Part shown: positions 58,991 through 64,000 of the stretch, in pieces | Position numbering within the stretch: position 1 is the stretch's first letter | Layout: every line of letters starts with the position of its first letter | The notes under the pieces: model-generated | Database searches by the model: none | The model's input: only the letters and a program-made list of their open reading frames with translations | What the model was told of the DNA's origin: nothing | Position numbers and translations under genes: made by a program | Source of the DNA: Desulfomicrobium sp. | GTDB taxonomy: Bacteria > Desulfobacterota > Desulfovibrionia > Desulfovibrionales > Desulfomicrobiaceae | Direction: 5' to 3' | Assembly: GCA_040768745.1 (NCBI GenBank) | Contig: JAXGMI010000002.1 | Location: forward strand, 64,001-128,000 | DNA: 64,000 nt

Positions 58991-59446
58991 ATGCGCAGAC
59001 AGGACAGACTGATGCCCCAAGCAGAAGCTTTTTCCCTTCTCCAGAAGGGCGAGTACGGGATTTTGAGCACCGCGTCCGCCACGAACGAGCCATACGGCGT
59101 GCCTGTCAATTACTGCGTCATCGATGAAAGCATTTATTTCCACTGCGCCACAACAGGGAAAAAGATCGAGAACATAACTGCCACCCCCCGGGTCTCTTTC
59201 TGTGTGGTGGGAGAGACCGAGATCGTGCCCGCTGATTTCGGGACAAAATATGAAAGCTGCATTGTCACCGGTCTTGCTTCCGAAGCTTTTGGTGCTGAAA
59301 AGCAGCTGGCCCTCGAAGGCCTTGTTCGCAAGTATTCCGCGCAATTCATCCCCCAAGGATTGCGGTACATCGAAAAGTTCAGGGACAAGGCGCGGGTGTT
59401 CAGGATTTCCATCCAGTCCATTTTTGGGAAGGCCAATAAGGCATAA
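58991..59446 (+). CDS. Pyridoxamine 5'-phosphate oxidase-like / NimA-family flavin-binding protein
   Basis: MRRQDR, PYGVPVNY, IYFHCA..GKK, VSFCVV. Confidence 0.9.
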   Translation: MRRQDRLMPQAEAFSLLQKGEYGILSTASATNEPYGVPVNYCVIDESIYFHCATTGKKIENITATPRVSFCVVGETEIVPADFGTKYESCIVTGLASEAFGAEKQLALEGLVRKYSAQFIPQGLRYIEKFRDKARVFRISIQSIFGKANKA

Positions 59447-59590
59447 GTACTGCACTGCAAAATTCCCCTCCGACACAGACCAGGATCCCATTCACTGAAC
59501 TTTTTCCTGTATTTTGCCATTGATACGCAACGAGTTGCGTTGCTGCAGTGCTGGTTGTTGAGCGGTTCCGGACGGAGGAAGGAGTAAGTC

Positions 59591-60234
59591 ATGAGCGCCA
59601 AGAAAAAAATCTATCTGTACACGCGATTCGAGCGGTTCTGGCATTGGGTGCAGTCCCTGCTCATCTTCCTGCTCCTTTTGACCGGATTCGAGGTCCATGG
59701 CACGTTCTCTCTCTTCGGGTTCCAGAATGCAGTGGAATACCACAACTTCCTGGGCCTGACCTGGATCGTGCTCTTCATCTTCATTGTCTTCTGGGTCTTC
59801 ACCACGGGCGAGTGGCGGCAGTACATCCCGACAACCAAGAAGCTGTTCGAAGTCATTGGCTATTATTCCTCGGGCATTTTCAAGGGGCTGCCGCACCCCG
59901 TGGCAAAATCCAAAGAAGCAAAGCACAACCCCCTGCAGCGTTTGACCTATCTCGGCCTGACGGCCGTTCTGTTGACCCTGCAGATGGGCACGGGGTTTTG
60001 CTGTATTACCTGTATAACGACTGGGCCATCTGGGGCTGGACCTTTCTGAACCTGCGCCTGCTGGCAATCATCCACCTCGGCTGCGCCTTCGCCATTCTGG
60101 CCTTTGTCATCGTGCATGTGTACATGACAACCACCGGCCATACTCTGACCAGCCACATCGCGGCCATGTTCAGTGGCTGGGAAGAGGTGGAGGAGGGCGA
60201 AGTGGCGGATTGGGAAGTGCAGCAGAAGCGTTAG
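59591..60234 (+). pseudogene. Cytochrome b/b6-type membrane subunit (PhsC/YdhU-like), frameshifted near 59995
   Basis: RFERFWHW...HNPLQRLTY in one frame, continuing LLYYLYNDW...IHL...HVYMTTTG..MFSGWEEV in another. Confidence 0.8.
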
Positions 60235-60279
60235 CCGTTGCATTTTACCGCATGCAAGAAACCGCGGTTCGCACCGAAG

Positions 60280-60648
60280 CGGGCCGCGGGTGCGGCCATC
60301 GGCGGTCTGGCCGGGGCCGGAATCGGCCGCATGATGGACAACCAGGAAGCGGAGATGCGCCAAGCCCTGGCCCAGTCCGACGAGGTGGCCGTCCGGCGCG
60401 AGGGCGATCTTCTGGCCCTGACCCTCAAAGGGGACGTGACCTTTGCCGTGAATTCCGACGTGGTCCTGTCCGGCCTCTACAACGAGCTGGACCGCATCGC
60501 CCAGATCCTGGTCAAATATCCCCAGACCAGCATCGTGGTGGAGGGCCACACGGACAGTACCGGTTCCGATGCCTATAACCAGGGTCTGTCCGAACGCCGG
60601 GCCTGGAGCGTGCAGCGCCTCCTGGTGGACCGCGGCGTGGTTCCGGCC
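60280..60648 (+). pseudogene. OmpA-family lipoprotein, 5' part (N-terminus missing; interrupted by IS)
   Basis: Gly-zipper GAAIGGLAGAGIG..MD.QE, VEGHTDSTGSDAYNQGLSERRA. Confidence 0.85.
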
Positions 60649-62524
60649 CCCAAGTTTGACAGCGGCCTGAGGCTAACACCTCGAAGTTATGACTTATATT
60701 GTTTTTTAATGCCCAATTTGTAGTACGTACAAAATAGACATAAACATTGCTATTCATGAATAATAATGCTACTCGTAGTTTATGTTTGTACGAATAGCCA
60801 AGCAGAAACGAGGCGACAAAGTCTACCGCCATCTTCAGATCGCGGAATCTTTCCGTGATCCCGAGAAAGGCGGATCTCCGCGCACACGCATCCTGGCTCA
60901 TCTCGGCACTATCGAGAGTTTGGGCGAAGACCAGGTCGAGAGACTCATCGCTGGCTTCCAGAAAGCTCTCGGTCGAGACCCGGTTCAGACTGGACCGCCG
61001 CTCCTCACGTTTGCACGTGATTTCGGACATGTTCACGCGGTCAAACATCTCTGGGAAATCCTGGGACTCTCCAAAGCCCTGGCCCGTGCAGGAGTAAAGA
61101 CCGGGGCCGGGATGGATTATGCTGAACTGATCAAGTTGCTGATCGTCAATCGACTCTGCGATCCGTGCTCCAAACTGGCGCTACTGGATTGGCTCGATGG
61201 CGTCTGGCTTTCTGGATTTGAGCAACACCGCCCGGCCTATCACCATCTCCTGCGCGCCATGGATAGATTGCTGGATGCGAAGGAAGCTTTGGAGCCCTTG
61301 ATAGCCAAGCGCTTCATGCCCAAGGCGCATTGGGAAGGCGACCTGCTCTTCTATGACATCACTTCCACATGGTTCGACGGGGATCGATCGTTGGTGGAGG
61401 ATGACATTCGGCGCTTCGGATACAGTCGCGATGGCCGGTTTGATCGGCGCCAAATCACCATCGGCGTGGTCATGGGCAAGGACGGCATACCGCTTTGCCA
61501 CCATGTCTTTCCGGGGAACACCGTGGATAAGACCACTGTGGTTGAGGTGGTGAAGGATCTGAAGACTCGCTTCAAGCTACGCAGCGTGGTGTTTGTCGGG
61601 GACAGGGGAATGCTCTCGGACCAAAATCTCGAGACGTTGCTGGCCGAGGAATTCGGCTTCATCGTGGCGCATCCATTGCGTCGTGGAGAGGAGGCGCGGA
61701 GCGTGATCGAGGCGTTGCGTCTTAAGATCTCGTTTAATGGGCAGGACGAGGAGATTGTCGAGGAAGTTCGCAGCGGGGTCCGGTTCGTTATGGCCTATTC
61801 TCCGAAGATCGCAGCCGAAACCAAGGCGAACCGCCAGGAGCGCCTTGCCAAGGCCGATGCCAAGATCCGGGAAATACTCGCCCCAAGGTCAGGCAAGGGA
61901 CGCAAACCAAGCCCACAGGGTCAATACGACCGCATCAGGGATTACCTGCGTGACAAGGGCTTGCTCTCATTGTTCCAAGTTGCGCTCACTCAGGATCAGG
62001 TCATCGTCAAGGCCCACAGGAAACGCAGGGCTTGGGAGGAAAAGATCGATGGCGTCTTGCTTCTCGAAACAACCGACATGGATGCACCATGCGCAGACAT
62101 TATCAAACATTACAAAGAGCTTGCTGAAATTGAACGGGGATGGAGAGCGCTCAAAAGCACCTTGGAACTACGCCCTGTGTATCACTGGACTGAGGAGCGA
62201 ATCAGGGCACATGTGTTTGTCTGCGTGATCGCATTGCAGTTAGAGCGCTGGATGCGCAACAAGCTCAAAGGAATGGCAGTGTCTGTGCCGACAGCCATCC
62301 GCCTTCTGCGTCAGATCAAGATGGGGGAGATCATGGTCGGAGAGGAGACGCTGATGACTCCTAGTCGCCCCACGGACGCGCAGAAAAAGATCCTGCGTGC
62401 TCTGGGAGTCCCGCCGATCCCGACCCGTGGAGAAAAAGGAAATGTAGTGTAAACTCCAACTAGCGCCGAAGCGATAATATCCTAATTTTAAACAAATAAG
62501 CTCGATATTGCTGTCAAACTTGGG
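60649..62524 (+). mobile_element. IS1634-family insertion sequence
   Basis: 15-bp perfect terminal IRs CCCAAGTTTGACAGC (60649-60663) / GCTGTCAAACTTGGG (62510-62524); flanking CGGC(C/A) duplication. Confidence 0.92.
60782..62452 (+). CDS. IS1634-family DDE transposase
   Basis: FYDITSTWF, GYSRDGR, FPGNTVD, VGDRGM, IERGWR.LK..LELRPVYHW...IRAHVFVC. Confidence 0.93.
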   Translation: MFVRIAKQKRGDKVYRHLQIAESFRDPEKGGSPRTRILAHLGTIESLGEDQVERLIAGFQKALGRDPVQTGPPLLTFARDFGHVHAVKHLWEILGLSKALARAGVKTGAGMDYAELIKLLIVNRLCDPCSKLALLDWLDGVWLSGFEQHRPAYHHLLRAMDRLLDAKEALEPLIAKRFMPKAHWEGDLLFYDITSTWFDGDRSLVEDDIRRFGYSRDGRFDRRQITIGVVMGKDGIPLCHHVFPGNTVDKTTVVEVVKDLKTRFKLRSVVFVGDRGMLSDQNLETLLAEEFGFIVAHPLRRGEEARSVIEALRLKISFNGQDEEIVEEVRSGVRFVMAYSPKIAAETKANRQERLAKADAKIREILAPRSGKGRKPSPQGQYDRIRDYLRDKGLLSLFQVALTQDQVIVKAHRKRRAWEEKIDGVLLLETTDMDAPCADIIKHYKELAEIERGWRALKSTLELRPVYHWTEERIRAHVFVCVIALQLERWMRNKLKGMAVSVPTAIRLLRQIKMGEIMVGEETLMTPSRPTDAQKKILRALGVPPIPTRGEKGNVV

Positions 62525-62667
62525 CGGCACGCATCACAGCCATCGGCTACGGCGAATCACGCCCAGTGGCCAGCAACGATACCCCGGAAGGCCGTCAGAT
62601 GAATCGCCGCGTGGAAATCCGCGTCAACCCGAACGCACAGCAGCCCCAGACTGCGCCGGCGCAATAA
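62525..62667 (+). pseudogene. OmpA-family lipoprotein, 3' part
   Basis: [33 protein letters not shown]...*; in frame with the 5' part once the IS is removed. Confidence 0.88.
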
Positions 62668-62739
62668 GGCCCTTTGCTTTTGAAAGCAAAAAAGGCAGGG
62701 TCCAGTGACTCTGCCTTTGTCGTCTGATGATGGGAGTGG

Positions 62740-63410
62740 TTACTGGCGTTTTGTTCGAGCAACGCCCAATAAACCCAACAGCCCCGCTGCAACAAGCACC
62801 ATGGTTCCGGGTTCGGGAACAACCTGCCCATTTCCGTTTCCAGAATATGAAGTTGTTACGTAATCAACATAATTTTGTGTCCCTGACACAAGAGGAGTCC
62901 CATTTACAGTAATATTGACAAACAATTGATTGACGAGGTGACCAGATGTTACATTTACAGTAGCTAAGGTCCAAAGAGGTAAATATGCACCAGCTATTGG
63001 ATCTCCAGATAAAGGAAAGTAAGAGCCAAAATAAAAACTAGAATCTCCATCAATCGTATAACCAACCCTGCCATAAACATCTATCGAATCTGGGATTCCA
63101 GTTTCCAAGTCTGCAATGATAAAATAGGCAGAAATGCTATCCATTGCTTGTGGAGTAAATATGGGTGATGCAAAACTTGAAATTGAATCACCTGATCCAA
63201 TTCCTTGTAGTGCTCCTTTATTGTCTTCTAAAGGATCAAAAGGGCCAGTTACTGGTGGACGACCAGTTCGTTGATCTCCAGAATAATTAACACCATCATA
63301 CCAAGTTGCAGCCGTTTCTCCAGAACCTGTATTAAAAACTACAGTCCATCCCTCATTAGTTCCAGAATTAAAATCGTATGTTAGAGAATAGGCTTGACTT
63401 TTTATAGAAC
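62740..63410 (-). pseudogene. PEP-CTERM sorting-domain protein, start and most of the signal peptide cut off by IS
   Basis: C-terminal VPEPGTMVLVAAGLLGLLGVARTKRQ; AT-rich; begins ...SIKSQAYSLTYDF at the IS boundary. Confidence 0.85.
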
Positions 63411-64000
63411 TGTATCGGTCTACGGTTTTTTGGACACGTTTTTGGTTAATCAAGCCGCAACGTTCGGCCTCTTTCTGGATGGCCCGCACCGCTGCCGGAG
63501 TCTTGTAGCCGTGGCGTCCAATGATCCATTCCCGGTTGTACGTCTCCTTGAACTCCAAGAGGGCAAGTCGGAGTTCCTCGACCGTATCGAACCGCCGGAC
63601 CCAGAGCAGGTTTTCCTTGAGCGTGCGCACGAACCTCTCGGCGATGCCGTTGCCTTGGGGTTCTCTGACGAAAGCAGGCGAACTCCGGATGCCCAGGAAG
63701 GAAACCTCCTCTTGAAACACACTGGAAACGTACTGGCTACCATTGTCATGTCGCAGGGTCAGGCCCTCTGCCACGGCGGGTCCAAAGGCTCCAAAGCTGT
63801 GGCGCACACCTTGGCGAATCGGCTCCAGGGCTTCAAAGCGCGTCCCGTACTTAGCGGCGTGGATGCCGACACACTCCAGAGAGCAGTGGTCCACGGCCAG
63901 GAAGATCGAAGCGTTGCCTTCCTGCATGGTCATCGTCGTGGTCATGTCCGTGCCCCACATCTCGTCCACCCGGGCAGTCTTGATCGTCCCGTCATGCGCC
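63411..64000 (-). mobile_element. IS3/IS481-like element (partial; rve integrase-core transposase)
   Basis: WGTDMT, RHDNGSQY, PQGNGIAERFVRTLKE; terminus TGTATCGGTCTACGGTTTTTTGGACAC at 63411 coincides with a sharp GC shift. Confidence 0.85.

Overview
GC-rich chromosomal segment from a sulfate-reducing deltaproteobacterium (Desulfomicrobium/Desulfovibrionales-like gene content; taxon is an inference). (1) Bases 1-~15,500 are the right part of a phage-like integrative element abutting the 3' end of tmRNA (ssrA). It carries a leftward replication/recombination operon (DnaG-type primase missed by the ORF track, RecD2 helicase, ERCC4 nuclease, DUF669, Sak4-like ATPase, PD-(D/E)XK nuclease), an element-encoded sigma-70-like factor, two AT-richer unknown genes behind a LexA-like repressor, and a divergent DUF2924 + large serine recombinase operon. 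Its non-coding DNA shows a coherent, apparently unannotated control layer: a palindromic operator over the repressor promoter, two copies of a TCCGAC-N16-CGGTA(A/G)GTAAG promoter-like motif in front of the two effector operons, and two homologous structured 5' leader RNAs with covarying stems and SD-occluding hairpins. (2) ~15.5-58.5 kb is core genome: tmRNA, tRNA-Arg(ACG), hslVU, argB, gcvH/PA/PB, selO, a split three-gene glutamate synthase, shikimate kinase, HDOD signalling genes, murI, pcnB, uvrC and a nucleotide-sugar dehydrogenase. It also holds an unannotated 66-aa dual-CXXC selenoprotein candidate with an in-frame UGA and a SECIS-like hairpin. (3) ~59.5-64 kb is a decaying zone: a frameshifted cytochrome b, an OmpA gene split by an IS1634-family element, and a PEP-CTERM gene decapitated by an IS3-like element whose transposase now reads in frame into it. 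All family names come from motif recognition by eye; no database searches were run.
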